Source: Burkholderiales bacterium (GTDB lineage Bacteria; Pseudomonadota; Gammaproteobacteria; Burkholderiales; Methylophilaceae). Taken from it: a stretch of DNA of 64,000 nt. The stretch spans positions 110,829 to 174,828 of the forward strand of contig JAURKY010000008.1 of assembly GCA_030831475.1 (NCBI GenBank). The letters are read 5' to 3'. Shown here one piece after another: positions 1-10,248 of the stretch. The notes beneath the pieces are model-generated. The model was not told the origin of the DNA, made no database searches, and saw nothing but the letters and a program-made list of their open reading frames with translations. Position 1 is the first letter of the stretch; the number at the start of each line of letters is the position of its first letter. The translations under genes were made by a program, and so were the position numbers.

Positions 1-906
1 ATTCAATCCCTTAATTTCTGTAGTCTTGTTATTTTTAGCTTCAATTTTTACGTTAGCTAAATTAACACGGCCATCGAGCTTTTCAAGATGACCTCCCTCG
101 ATTTTGGTTGTTAGATTTAAATCTCCGAACCCTGAAAGTATATTGATGGGGTAATCAAACCAGGGTTTTAGCGCGGCAAGATCAAATTGCTCTAGAAAAA
201 TTGAAAATTCTGAATCTAAAGCATCCAACTTTTCAAACTGTTTTAAATCGATTGTGCCGCTGAGCGATATGGTTCGTTTGGTACCTGGGGAAATTAAGGT
301 AGACAAACTAAAATCTCTTCGTCCAAGAAAGGAAAAGATTTTGGATGAACCATAATTTAAATTTAATTGTTCAAGTTTTAATGGCTCATGACCCCTCGTG
401 CGATCAATCCATGTTAATTCACCATCAACAATAATGACATCATCTTGATTAAGCAACCAATTTGAAAATTCACCTTCACCCTCCTCATACTCAAAACGAA
501 TACCATTGATGGTAAACACTCCATCAGATTCCCTAATGATAGTCATCTTTGGCGAATAAAGGGTTACTTGATCTAAAATGGGTTCAAGCTTGACGAGTGA
601 TAACCATGAAAAGTCGATATCAATCCTTTCAGCACCAACAGATTTTTCATGACTCTCATTGAAAATATTGTAATTTTTGATGGTTACACTCGGATTTATA
701 TAGTTAAGCTTTGCCTCAATGGAGCCTATTTCAACATCATATCCAATTCGTTTCTGCATCTCGTCTTGCACAAGATTTTTTACAAAATGTGAGTTATGTT
801 TGAGATAAAAAAATGATGAAATGGTAGCGACTGGAACAAGGATCAGAATCGCTAGTAAAGCAGGAAGAAAAATCTTTTTTATTAAGGTAAGAATTTTTAA
901 AGCCAT
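1..906 (-). CDS. yhdP: YhdP/AsmA2-family intermembrane phospholipid transport protein, N-terminal part (runs off the window edge)
   Basis: Not in the ORF track. Hand translation from ATG at 906 gives MAFKILTLIKKIFLPALLAILILVPV (membrane anchor)...IGYDVEIGSIEAKL...IDIDFSWLSLVKLEP...FSNWLLNQ...ELTWIDRTRG, typical of betaproteobacterial YhdP N-termini. Confidence 0.7.
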   Translation of the reverse strand, partial: MALKILTLIKKIFLPALLAILILVPVATISSFFYLKHNSHFVKNLVQDEMQKRIGYDVEIGSIEAKLNYINPSVTIKNYNIFNESHEKSVGAERIDIDFSWLSLVKLEPILDQVTLYSPKMTIIRESDGVFTINGIRFEYEEGEGEFSNWLLNQDDVIIVDGELTWIDRTRGHEPLKLEQLNLNYGSSKIFSFLGRRDFSLSTLISPGTKRTISLSGTIDLKQFEKLDALDSEFSIFLEQFDLAALKPWFDYPINILSGFGDLNLTTKIEGGHLEKLDGRVNLANVKIEAKNNKTTEIKGLN

Positions 907-1057
907 CAATAGTTTTTTTAAATCATTTTATAGCTTTTTTTCCTCAATACATAGGCTAAATAGAACAAATAAATAATATGTCTATGATTGAATTTTTATA
1001 GGTTTTCCTATGTCTTAAATGCTAGCATGTAACATAATTTTAAAAAATTTTTAATCT

Positions 1058-2767
1058 ATGAAATTACGCCTAAGACTTAACTTGCTCATTACTTTAGTCA
1101 TGCTCTTTTTTATTCTGATTTTAGGGGGTGTGATCATGGTTGCCTCAAAGCAATCGATTGAAGAGGGTGTCGAATCTGCGCACTCAGTCACCCTTCAACT
1201 TTTAGATTCGGTCATTATTAGCTCTACTCAGAATCCAGAATGGGGGCATACGCACGAGGTAATGAAAGCCTACCTAGAGGACCTGGGGAGAGTTAGGAGT
1301 AACATGATTTATCTATATGATCTTCAAAATAATCTTTTGTATCAGTCTCCGCAAAGCACTTATCGTCTAAATGAAAACCCACCTGCATGGTTTGTGAAGG
1401 CATTAGCCCCAAGGTCCGTTGTTAATGCGAGACTTATTCGATTTGGCAGGCTTGTCGTGCAATCAGATTCGATAGGCGCCATTAAAGAGGCATGGGCTGT
1501 GATGGGACAATTGTTTTATTTAACACTTTCTTTTTTAATCGTTCTAAATGTGATTGTATATTTCTTGCTGGGGCGATGGCTAAGGCCATTAAATCCAATG
1601 CTCGATGCCATCTCTTCAATGGGCCGTGGCGACTTCAAAACCAGACTACCTAAATTTCAGATTCCTGATTTTGATTTAATTTCGGATAACTTTAATAAAA
1701 TGGGAGCTAAGTTAGAGAAAAATATTAATGAAAATCTTCGTTTGGCCCTCATTGCGGAACAAACAGCCGATGCTGTAGCTATCTATGATGACAAGCAAAA
1801 AATTCGTTTTTGGAATAAATCAGCGGAGCGAATCTTTGGCTACAAAAAAAATGAGGTTATGGGTCAGCATGCTAATTTAATTGTGCCAAAAAATCTGCGA
1901 CGTGAATTTAAAGACTATGCAGATCTGGCAAGAAAAAAACAAGCTGTTCTTTATTATGAGACAAAGCGTAAGGCAAAAAATGGACGTTTAATTGATTTGT
2001 CAATTTCACGATCACCTCTGGTCGATCCGAATTCTAAAAAAGTGGTGGGTGATATCGTGAGTATGCGAGATATCTCTGAAAAGATTCTAGCAGAAAAATC
2101 ACAACGAGAATTACAACAAAATAGAGAATTAACTGCTATTATCCAAGAGCATGTTGAGGATGAAAGAAAAAGCCTTGCTCGAGAATTGCACGATGAGTTA
2201 GGTCAATACGTTTCTGCCATTAAAATCTTCTCGCAAAATATCTTAAATCGAACTAAGGGCAAAGACAAAGCAATATCGGAAAGCGCGACCACAGTTATTT
2301 CTGCAGCCAATCAAATTTATGATGGCATGCATAGCATTATCAAAAAATTACGTCCGGGCTCACTGGATAATTTGGGCCTGACTGAAACATTGAGGGATAT
2401 GGTTAATTCATGGAATCAGCAATATGAGAAGCTTAATGTTAAGTTAAAGATTGATGGTGATATCGATCAACTAGGTGAAATGGCTAATATAAATATCTAT
2501 CGAATTATTCAAGAGGGGATGAATAATTGCGTAAAACATGCCAAGGCATCCTTGGTCAATATTAAATTGAGCATGAAAAAAGATCAGCTAACTCTTCTCT
2601 TTAAGGATAATGGTGTTGGCTTTGATAAAAAGATTTTGGAGTCAACAAAACAATTTGGATTAGTTGGCATTGATGAGAGAGTCAAAGCATTAAATGGTCA
2701 ATTTGAAGTGGTTTCAGAAATTGACCACGGAACTGAAATTAGAATTATACTTCCAATAAAAAATTAG
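1058..2767 (+). CDS. Membrane sensor histidine kinase (LapD/MoxY-like N-terminus, HAMP, PAS, HisKA_3, HATPase); MoxY-like
   Basis: Two TM helices, HAMP region, PAS (WNKSAERIFGY), H-box ARELHDELGQ, N-box YRIIQEGMNN, DNGVGF and FGLVGIDERV. Confidence 0.9.
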   Translation: MKLRLRLNLLITLVMLFFILILGGVIMVASKQSIEEGVESAHSVTLQLLDSVIISSTQNPEWGHTHEVMKAYLEDLGRVRSNMIYLYDLQNNLLYQSPQSTYRLNENPPAWFVKALAPRSVVNARLIRFGRLVVQSDSIGAIKEAWAVMGQLFYLTLSFLIVLNVIVYFLLGRWLRPLNPMLDAISSMGRGDFKTRLPKFQIPDFDLISDNFNKMGAKLEKNINENLRLALIAEQTADAVAIYDDKQKIRFWNKSAERIFGYKKNEVMGQHANLIVPKNLRREFKDYADLARKKQAVLYYETKRKAKNGRLIDLSISRSPLVDPNSKKVVGDIVSMRDISEKILAEKSQRELQQNRELTAIIQEHVEDERKSLARELHDELGQYVSAIKIFSQNILNRTKGKDKAISESATTVISAANQIYDGMHSIIKKLRPGSLDNLGLTETLRDMVNSWNQQYEKLNVKLKIDGDIDQLGEMANINIYRIIQEGMNNCVKHAKASLVNIKLSMKKDQLTLLFKDNGVGFDKKILESTKQFGLVGIDERVKALNGQFEVVSEIDHGTEIRIILPIKN

Positions 2768-2774
2768 GAACTCT

Positions 2775-3413
2775 ATGAGCAAAATTAAAGTTTTATTAGT
2801 TGATGATCATTCTGTAGTAAGGATGGGATTTAAGATGTTGATTGAAGCAGAATCGGATATGGAGGTTATCAGCGAAGCTGAATCAGGAGAAGATGGCATT
2901 AAAGTCTTCAAAGAATTAAAACCCGACTTGGTAGTCATGGACATCACGATGCCAGGAATCGGCGGCCTTGAATCGATAGAGCGTATCCTTGCTTATGACA
3001 AAAACGCTAAAATCCTTGTTCTTTCTGCACATGAGGATTCTGTTCACCCTAAGAGGGTGCTCAATGCTGGCGCACTGGGCTACCTTACAAAAAGAAGTGC
3101 TGCTGAGGAGCTTATTAAGGCTATAAGATCAGTTCATTCTGGCAAAAAATTTCTTGAAGCAGATATTGCTCAACAAATGGCGATTACACAATTATCAGGG
3201 GAAAATAATCCAGTCGAAGTATTATCAGATCGAGAGTTTGAAGTTTTTATGGCCCTTGCAAAAGGCAAGAGTACCAATGAGATTGCAGAAACCATGCATT
3301 TAAGCCCAAGAACTGTGGGCACACATTTGTACAATATAAAACAAAAATTAAATGCTAATAATTCAGCCGAAATTGCACTTATTGCGATTCGATGCGGTTT
3401 GCTTGAGCCTTAG
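2775..3413 (+). CDS. NarL/FixJ-family response regulator (REC + LuxR HTH)
   Basis: LLVDDH, VMDITMPG, LSDREFEV...EIAETMHLSPRTVGTH. Confidence 0.93.
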   Translation: MSKIKVLLVDDHSVVRMGFKMLIEAESDMEVISEAESGEDGIKVFKELKPDLVVMDITMPGIGGLESIERILAYDKNAKILVLSAHEDSVHPKRVLNAGALGYLTKRSAAEELIKAIRSVHSGKKFLEADIAQQMAITQLSGENNPVEVLSDREFEVFMALAKGKSTNEIAETMHLSPRTVGTHLYNIKQKLNANNSAEIALIAIRCGLLEP

Positions 3414-4257
3414 CATCATTAATGGATGCAATCATCCCGCTCATTATGATGAAAATGACGCCTAAAATTCCAAAATAATCTGGTATTTCTTTAAAAAATA
3501 TCATCCCAATTAGAATTGAAAAGACAACAGTAAGATAAGATAAACCAGCATTTCCAAGCGTATTACCCACCTTGTAGGCCTTAGTTATCGATAGTTGAGC
3601 AATGGTCGCTGATATACCTAGTATTAAAATTATGGGTATTGTTTCCAGTGAAATGGCGCTAACTTGTTCACGAAGCATCAATGCTCCAGAACCTAAAGTA
3701 GATATCAAGGCAAAATAAAACACTGTCCTTAAAAGTGGCTCTTTAACTTGACCTAATTTCGCTAAATATAAATAAGCTGCCCCGGCGCCTATGCCAGATA
3801 GAAGTCCTACTAGGCCTGCAAAAAACTCGTCGCTATTTATGGTAGGTTTTAAAATCAAAAAGATGCCCAAGAAGCCTAAAATTATGGCAAAGAGAAGTTT
3901 TCGGTGAGCATGCCTTTTTAGAATCCAAGGCATTAGGATGCCAACAAAGAGGGGTGAGGTGTAATTGAGCGATATAGCTGTGCCTAGGGGCAAATTTCCA
4001 ATGGCATAGAAAAAAAAGATGAGGGAGATAAATCCGATTAAAGAACGCTTTAAATGTAAAGATGTATATTGGGTGGCAATGTTAACTTTGGTTAGACGCA
4101 TCATTAAATAAATAATAAATAAATTAATTATTGAGCGATAAAAAACAAGCTCATGAGTTGATATAAATTTTGACCCAAGCTTGACACAGGTTCCCATAAT
4201 TGAAAAACAAAATGTAGCAATGAGCATCCACATAACCCCACGATGTATGTTTTTCAT
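3379..4257 (-). CDS. EamA/DMT-family transporter
   Basis: About 10 hydrophobic segments in two repeats; LPLGTAISLNYTSPLF motif. Confidence 0.88.
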   Translation of the reverse strand: MKNIHRGVMWMLIATFCFSIMGTCVKLGSKFISTHELVFYRSIINLFIIYLMMRLTKVNIATQYTSLHLKRSLIGFISLIFFFYAIGNLPLGTAISLNYTSPLFVGILMPWILKRHAHRKLLFAIILGFLGIFLILKPTINSDEFFAGLVGLLSGIGAGAAYLYLAKLGQVKEPLLRTVFYFALISTLGSGALMLREQVSAISLETIPIILILGISATIAQLSITKAYKVGNTLGNAGLSYLTVVFSILIGMIFFKEIPDYFGILGVIFIIMSGMIASINDAKAQANRIESQ

Positions 4258-4301
4258 GTAAATGGTTACCTCTAAAAGTATCTATATTTCCTAAGTTTAA
4301 G

Positions 4302-4307
4302 TATAAT
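4302..4307 (+). promoter_or_regulatory. Sigma70 -10 hexamer for the micro-ORF/Urate_ox_N unit
   Basis: Perfect TATAAT about 33 nt upstream of ATG 4340; no clear -35. Confidence 0.45.
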
Positions 4308-4339
4308 TGTTGCTTTAGATAAGACAGGAGTTAAGTTAA

Positions 4340-4438
4340 ATGAAAAATCCTCTAGACTCAATAACAGGGACAATTGTATCAGGAATCATTCTGACTATTA
4401 TCCTATTGGCATTACTAGAAAATTTTCTAAATACTTAA
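4340..4438 (+). CDS. 32-aa single-TM micro-protein MKNPLDSITGTIVSGIILTIILLALLENFLNT
   Basis: Below the ORF-track cutoff. AGGAG at 4326-4330 is 9 nt before the ATG; one hydrophobic helix; the stop abuts the next gene's RBS. Confidence 0.75.
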   Translation: MKNPLDSITGTIVSGIILTIILLALLENFLNT

Positions 4439-4448
4439 AGGATTGATT

Positions 4449-4964
4449 ATGGATTTTATTTTTGCAGGCGCTACTGATATATATACAGGTTTAATGAGAT
4501 TTTTTCATGTGATCGCAGGTGTCGCATGGATTGGTCTTTTATATTACTTTAATTTTGTCCAAGTCCCAGCATTAAAAGCTGCCGCTGCAGATGGTACAGG
4601 TGCGGGTATTACCAAACATGTTGCCCCACTAGCTTTGCTTTGGTTTAGATGGGCTGCTCTCGCTACATGGTTAGCCGGTGCTGCTTTATTAGGTGATAAT
4701 TTTACGACCGCATTCCTCTTGCAAGATGGCTATGAAGCGATTGGTTTAGGTTCTTGGTTGGGCACTATTATGCTATTTAATGTCTGGGTACTTATTTGGC
4801 CAAATCAACAAAAAATTCTTGGCATGAAAAAAGCCACAGATGAAGAAAAAACGGTTGCTAGAAGAGTAGCGCTGCTTGCTTCTCGCACAAATACGATGCT
4901 TTCGATACCCATGTTACTTTTAATGACTAATGGTTTATCGCATAAAGCGTTATTACATATTTAA
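4449..4964 (+). CDS. Short Urate_ox_N (PuuD N-terminal-like) membrane protein without a cytochrome c domain
   Basis: RFFHVIAGVAWIGLLYYFNFVQ, LWFRWAALATW, GTIMLFNVWVLIWPNQQK, SRTNTMLSIP; no CxxCH. ATG 4449 preferred (AAGGA just upstream). Confidence 0.8.
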   Translation: MDFIFAGATDIYTGLMRFFHVIAGVAWIGLLYYFNFVQVPALKAAAADGTGAGITKHVAPLALLWFRWAALATWLAGAALLGDNFTTAFLLQDGYEAIGLGSWLGTIMLFNVWVLIWPNQQKILGMKKATDEEKTVARRVALLASRTNTMLSIPMLLLMTNGLSHKALLHI

Positions 4965-4982
4965 ACGACTCTAAGGTTAAAC

Positions 4983-5008
4983 AACGGCGACCTTAGGTCG
5001 CCGTTTTT
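4983..5008 (+). terminator. Intrinsic terminator
   Basis: AACGGCGACC-TTA-GGTCGCCGTT hairpin running into a T tract. Confidence 0.75.
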
Positions 5009-5014
5009 CATTAT

Positions 5015-6205
5015 ATGTTTAGTTTTGGTAATCATTTATTAAATACCTATCAAAGACTTCCTATTTCATTCGAGAGAGGTGAGGGAGTTTGGCTTTTTGA
5101 TAAGAATGGTAACAAATACCTTGATGCATTATCAGGTGTTGCAGTTAATACCTTGGGACATAATCATCCAGCACTTGTTGATGCCATTACAAAACAAGCC
5201 TCAAAAATGATTCATGTTTCTAATTACTACAACATAGAAGAACAGTGTTTATTAGCAAAAAAAATAGCTGAAATTTCAGGCCTTGATTATGTTTTTTTTG
5301 CAAATTCTGGATGTGAGGCGAATGAAGCAGCCATTAAGATTGCAAGACTTTTTGGCAATCAAAAAAAATTTGATTTACCTACAATAATTGTGATGGAAAA
5401 AGCCTTTCATGGAAGAACCATGGCCACTTTAACTGCCACTGGAAGCAGAAAAGCACAGGCTGGTTTTGAGCCATTAGTGCCTGGTTTTATTAGAGTACCT
5501 TACGATGATATCGATGCAATTAAGGCTGTTGCCAACAAAAAGAATCAAGTGGTAGCTATTCTTGTAGAGCCGATTCAGGGTGAGGGAGGCATTAATGTTC
5601 CTCATGATATGAAAGATTATTTAAGTCAGCTAAGGGATATCTGTGACGAACAAGATTGGCTTTTAATGTTTGATGAGGTGCAATCGGGTATCGGCAGGAC
5701 AGGAAGATGGTTTGCACATCAGCATGCCGAGATCATCCCAGATGTCATGACTTTAGCAAAAGGACTGGCATCAGGTGTACCCATTGGCGCATGCGTTGTT
5801 AATAATAAAGCGGCTAGCATGATCTCTCCAGGAAAGCATGGGTCTACTTTTGGCGGTAACCCATTGGCATGTGCAGCTGGTATTACGACCCTTGACGCCA
5901 TTATCAATGAACAGCTGATGAATAATGCGATGATTCAGGGCAATAAAATTGTGAGTGAGTTAAAAAAAGACCTGGGTGAATTTAAGGAAGTGGTGTCGAT
6001 TAGAAATGCAGGCTTGATGATTGGTATTGAGCTTAGTAAACCATGTGGAGAGCTAATTAAGCTGGGTTTAGATGCTGGGTTACTAATTAATGTAACCGCA
6101 GAAAAAGTTATCAGATTACTTCCACCACTCATTATTAATGATGAAGAGACATCCTTGTTAATTTCTAAGCTGTCTGAATTAGTTAAAAATTTTTTAAAGA
6201 GTTAA
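5015..6205 (+). CDS. argD: Acetylornithine aminotransferase
   Basis: Class III aminotransferase motifs FHGRT, EPIQGEGG, DEVQSGIGRTG, TLAKGL, HGSTFGGNPLA; precedes argF/argG. Confidence 0.95.
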   Translation: MFSFGNHLLNTYQRLPISFERGEGVWLFDKNGNKYLDALSGVAVNTLGHNHPALVDAITKQASKMIHVSNYYNIEEQCLLAKKIAEISGLDYVFFANSGCEANEAAIKIARLFGNQKKFDLPTIIVMEKAFHGRTMATLTATGSRKAQAGFEPLVPGFIRVPYDDIDAIKAVANKKNQVVAILVEPIQGEGGINVPHDMKDYLSQLRDICDEQDWLLMFDEVQSGIGRTGRWFAHQHAEIIPDVMTLAKGLASGVPIGACVVNNKAASMISPGKHGSTFGGNPLACAAGITTLDAIINEQLMNNAMIQGNKIVSELKKDLGEFKEVVSIRNAGLMIGIELSKPCGELIKLGLDAGLLINVTAEKVIRLLPPLIINDEETSLLISKLSELVKNFLKS

Positions 6206-6211
6206 CTTTCA

Positions 6212-7135
6212 ATGAATATTAAACATTTTTTACAATTTAATGATTTTGAAAAATCTGAAATAGAATGGATTTTTAATAAATCTAAAATCATTAAAGATAA
6301 ATTTAAAAGGTATGAGAAATATTGGCCTCTTGAAGACAGAACTTTGGTCATGATTTTTGAAAAGGCCAGCACGAGAACAAGATTATCCTTTGAATCAGGC
6401 ATGCATCAATTAGGAGGAAGTGCTATTTATCTTAATACTAGAGATTCTCAACTAGGACGAGGTGAGCCAGTTGAGGATGCTGCTCAAGTGATTTCGAGGA
6501 TGTGTGATGTGGTTATGATAAGGACATTTGAGCAAGATATTATCGATAGGTTTGCAAAGAATTCAAGGGTGCCGGTTATTAATGGGTTAACTAACGAATA
6601 TCATCCTTGTCAAATTTTGGCCGACATTTTTACCTTTATTGAAAAAAGAGGTTCGATCCAAGGCAAGACAGTAGCATGGATTGGCGATTCCAATAATGTT
6701 TGCAATACTTGGCTTCAAGCTGCTGAACTTCTTGATTTTAATGTGCATGTTTCAACACCAAAAGGTTATGAGGTAGAGGCGGAAAGAGCAGGTTTATATG
6801 GCGATGATAATTTTGAGCAATTTGATGACCCCATGGATGCGGTGAAGGGTGCTGACATTGTAACGACGGATGTTTGGACCAGTATGGGTTTTGAGGCCGA
6901 GCAAAAAGAGAGGCTTAAAGATTTTGCTGACTGGCAGGTAGATGAAGATATGATGAAGGTTGCAAATAAGGATGCAATGTTTATGCATTGCTTACCCGCG
7001 CATAGGGGTGAGGAGGTCACAGCAGAAGTTATTGATGGACCTCAAAGTGTTGTATGGGATGAAGCTGAAAATAGACTTCATGTTCAAAAAGCTCTATTAG
7101 AGTATTTACTTCTAGGAGAACAAAATGGCAAATGA
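6212..7135 (+). CDS. argF: Ornithine carbamoyltransferase
   Basis: STRTR, HPCQ, DVWTSMG, HCLP. Confidence 0.97.
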   Translation: MNIKHFLQFNDFEKSEIEWIFNKSKIIKDKFKRYEKYWPLEDRTLVMIFEKASTRTRLSFESGMHQLGGSAIYLNTRDSQLGRGEPVEDAAQVISRMCDVVMIRTFEQDIIDRFAKNSRVPVINGLTNEYHPCQILADIFTFIEKRGSIQGKTVAWIGDSNNVCNTWLQAAELLDFNVHVSTPKGYEVEAERAGLYGDDNFEQFDDPMDAVKGADIVTTDVWTSMGFEAEQKERLKDFADWQVDEDMMKVANKDAMFMHCLPAHRGEEVTAEVIDGPQSVVWDEAENRLHVQKALLEYLLLGEQNGK

Positions 7136-8342
7136 TATTAATAAGGTTGTCCTTGCCTATTCTGGTGGATTAGATACCTCTGTCATTTTGAAATGGCTTC
7201 AACAAACTTATGGCTGTGAAGTTGTCACATTCACGGCTGACTTGGGACAAAGAGAAGAGATTGAACCAGCAAGAGATAAAGCTAAAGCAGCGGGCGTTAA
7301 AGAAATATTTATTGAGGATCTGAGAGAAGAATTTGTCAGAGATTATGTCTTTCCCATGTTTAGAGCGAATACAGTTTATGAAGGAGAGTATTTGTTAGGG
7401 ACCTCTATTGCTAGACCTTTAATCGCTAAAAGACTGGTTGAGATTGCGCATCAAACTAAAAGTGAGGCTATATCGCATGGGGCGACAGGTAAAGGTAATG
7501 ACCAGGTTAGATTTGAATTAGGTGCTTACGCCATTGATCCTGATATAAAAATTATTGCGCCTTGGAGGGAGTGGGATTTATTAAGCAGAGAAAAATTATT
7601 AAATTTTGCAGAAAAAAATAATATCCCTGTCGAGATGAAGCATAAATCAGGGGGGAGCCCTTATAGTATGGATGCTAATTTACTGCATATCTCCTATGAG
7701 GGAAGGCATCTTGAGGATCCAATGAATGCGCCTGAGGAAAGTATGTGGAGATGGTCGGTAAGTCCTCAAAATGCTCCAGACGAGAGTGAAGAAGTTGTTA
7801 TTGAGTTTAAACAAGGCGATCCGGTAAAGATAAATAATGAATCTATGCCACCTCATGAAATTTTACTCTCACTTAATGTGCTTGGAGGCAAGCACGGAGT
7901 GGGGCGACTAGATTTAGTTGAGAATAGATTTGTGGGTATGAAATCAAGAGGCTGTTATGAGACACCTGGCGGCACTATTTTACTTAAAGCACATAGAGCG
8001 ATTGAGTCACTTACTCTTGATAGAGAGGTTGCTCACCTAAAAGATGACCTAATGCCAAGATACGCATCTTTGATTTATAACGGTTTTTGGTGGAGTCCTG
8101 AAAGAGAAGCCTTGCAAAAATTAATTGACCATACTCAAGAAAATGTCACCGGCGTTATTAAATTAAGGCTCTACAAAGGAAATATTGAAATACTATCTAG
8201 AGAAAGCTCAAAATCCCTATTTGATGCTGAGGTGGCTACCTTTGAGGATGATGAGGGAGCCTATGATCAAAAAGACGCCTCTGGATTTATTAAATTAAAT
8301 GCTCTAAGACTTAGAATAGGCAATAAAAAAAATAAAAAATAA
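7125..8342 (+). CDS. argG: Argininosuccinate synthase
   Basis: [33 protein letters not shown]. Confidence 0.98.
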   Translation: MANDINKVVLAYSGGLDTSVILKWLQQTYGCEVVTFTADLGQREEIEPARDKAKAAGVKEIFIEDLREEFVRDYVFPMFRANTVYEGEYLLGTSIARPLIAKRLVEIAHQTKSEAISHGATGKGNDQVRFELGAYAIDPDIKIIAPWREWDLLSREKLLNFAEKNNIPVEMKHKSGGSPYSMDANLLHISYEGRHLEDPMNAPEESMWRWSVSPQNAPDESEEVVIEFKQGDPVKINNESMPPHEILLSLNVLGGKHGVGRLDLVENRFVGMKSRGCYETPGGTILLKAHRAIESLTLDREVAHLKDDLMPRYASLIYNGFWWSPEREALQKLIDHTQENVTGVIKLRLYKGNIEILSRESSKSLFDAEVATFEDDEGAYDQKDASGFIKLNALRLRIGNKKNKK

Positions 8343-8353
8343 GGAGTGAGAAA

Positions 8354-8848
8354 ATGCCATCTTTTGATATCAGCTCTCAAGCAAATATGGTAAATATAAA
8401 AAATGCTGTTGATGTGGCTATGAGGACTATCGGAAATCGATATGACTTTAAAGGTACGAGTGCGGCTGTTGAGTGTAATGAAAAAGATATGCTGATCACT
8501 ATCTTTGGTGATGCTGAATTTCAGATTAATCAAGTGAAAGATATTTTATTCCCGTCGATGGAAAAAAAAGAACCTGATAGTTCAAGAAGACTCATCCCTG
8601 AAAATATTGAGACCATTTCTGGTAATAAGGTCAAACAGATCTTAAAAATTAAAAATGGTATTGATACCGAGCTGGGTAAGGCTATTGTTAAAAATATTAA
8701 AGACTCAAAGCTTAAAGTCCAAGCTACCATTCAAGGTGATGAGGTGAGAGTCACAGGCGCTAAAAGAGATGTTCTACAAGAGTGTATAGCAGCCGTTAAA
8801 GCTAAGCACAATGATTACCCCTTAAATTTTGGAAATTTTAGGGACTGA
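8354..8848 (+). CDS. yajQ: YajQ-family nucleotide-binding protein
   Basis: MPSFDI, RYDFKG, KLKVQATIQGDEVRVTG, C-terminal NFRD. Confidence 0.95.
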   Translation: MPSFDISSQANMVNIKNAVDVAMRTIGNRYDFKGTSAAVECNEKDMLITIFGDAEFQINQVKDILFPSMEKKEPDSSRRLIPENIETISGNKVKQILKIKNGIDTELGKAIVKNIKDSKLKVQATIQGDEVRVTGAKRDVLQECIAAVKAKHNDYPLNFGNFRD

Positions 8849-8851
8849 TTT

Positions 8852-10243
8852 ATGGCGTTAACGCTTTATGAAAAAATATTTAGCCGTCATGTCGTAGAAC
8901 AACTTGATGATGCTTACCTCATCTACATTGATCGACATCTTGTCCATGAGGTGACAAGCCCGCAGGCATTCGAGGGCCTAAGAGTGGCTCAAAGACCTAT
9001 TTGGCGAAAAGATTCAATAGTTGCGGTCCCAGATCATAATGTTCCCACGACAGATCGAGATAAAGGTATTACCGATCCTGTTTCAAAAATTCAGGTTGAT
9101 ACATTGAATATTAACTGTGAAAAAAATGGATTAACCCAATTTAGGATGGATGATCCTCGCCAAGGCATTGTCCATGTCATAGGTCCTGAGCAGGGACTCA
9201 CGCTTCCTGGCATGACCATCGTGTGCGGTGATTCACATACAAGTACGCATGGCGCTTTTGGCGCACTCGCGATGGGTATCGGTACGTCAGAGGTCGAACA
9301 TGTTCTTGCTACACAATGCTTAATTGTAAAAAAATTTAAAACTTTAAAAATTAATGTTACTGGCGAAGTTGGCTCGTTTATTTCGGCCAAAGATATAGCG
9401 CTATACATTATTGGACAAATAGGTACGGCTGGAGGAACAGGTTTTGCCATTGAATTTACTGGATCTGCTATTGAGGCTTTATCTATGGAAGGGCGCATGA
9501 CTTTATGTAATATGGCCATTGAAGCAGGTGCTAGAGCAGGGCTCGTTGCGGTCGATGACAAAACGATTGAATACCTTAAAGACCGACCTTTTTCCCCTGC
9601 GGGAGATTTATGGGATCAGGCAGTTGATGATTGGAGGAATTTAAAAAGTGACCCAGAAGCTCAGTTTGATAAGGTCGTAGAGATCGATGCGAGCAAGATT
9701 GAACCTCAGGTTACTTGGGGAACATCACCGGAGATGGTAAGAGGCATTAATGAGTCCATTCCTGATCCGTCTAATTTCTCAGGTAATTTAAAAAATAGTT
9801 ACGAACAAGCTTTAAAGTACATGAATTTAAAAGCTAACCAACCCATTAAAGATATCCCTATTGATCGAGTCTTTATTGGATCTTGTACTAATTCAAGAAT
9901 TGAGGACCTTAGAAATGCTGCAGAAGTTGTGAAATCGCATAAAGTATCAAAATCTGTAAAGCAAGCCATGGTGGTCCCAGGCTCAGGGTTAGTTAAAGCT
10001 CAGGCAGAAAAAGAGGGCCTAGATAAAATATTTATCGAGGCTGGCTTTGAATGGCGCGAACCTGGTTGCTCAATGTGTCTTGCAATGAATGCCGATAGAC
10101 TAGAGGCTGGAGAGCATTGTGCCTCAACCTCTAATAGAAATTTTGAAGGTCGTCAGGGTCAAGGAGGCCGCACCCATTTAGTTAGTCCAAAAATGGCAGC
10201 TGCAGCAGCCATTCATGGAAAGTTTGTGGATATTAGAAAATAG
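8852..10243 (+). CDS. leuC: 3-isopropylmalate dehydratase large subunit
   Basis: [43 protein letters not shown]. Confidence 0.98.
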   Translation: MALTLYEKIFSRHVVEQLDDAYLIYIDRHLVHEVTSPQAFEGLRVAQRPIWRKDSIVAVPDHNVPTTDRDKGITDPVSKIQVDTLNINCEKNGLTQFRMDDPRQGIVHVIGPEQGLTLPGMTIVCGDSHTSTHGAFGALAMGIGTSEVEHVLATQCLIVKKFKTLKINVTGEVGSFISAKDIALYIIGQIGTAGGTGFAIEFTGSAIEALSMEGRMTLCNMAIEAGARAGLVAVDDKTIEYLKDRPFSPAGDLWDQAVDDWRNLKSDPEAQFDKVVEIDASKIEPQVTWGTSPEMVRGINESIPDPSNFSGNLKNSYEQALKYMNLKANQPIKDIPIDRVFIGSCTNSRIEDLRNAAEVVKSHKVSKSVKQAMVVPGSGLVKAQAEKEGLDKIFIEAGFEWREPGCSMCLAMNADRLEAGEHCASTSNRNFEGRQGQGGRTHLVSPKMAAAAAIHGKFVDIRK

Positions 10244-10248
10244 AATTT

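Noticed and set aside
4340-4451. Micro-ORF plus Urate_ox_N as one frameshifted gene or pseudogene
   Set aside because: Each ORF has its own SD-like sequence and ATG and there is no obvious slippery site; two coupled genes is simpler, though a sequencing error cannot be excluded without reads.
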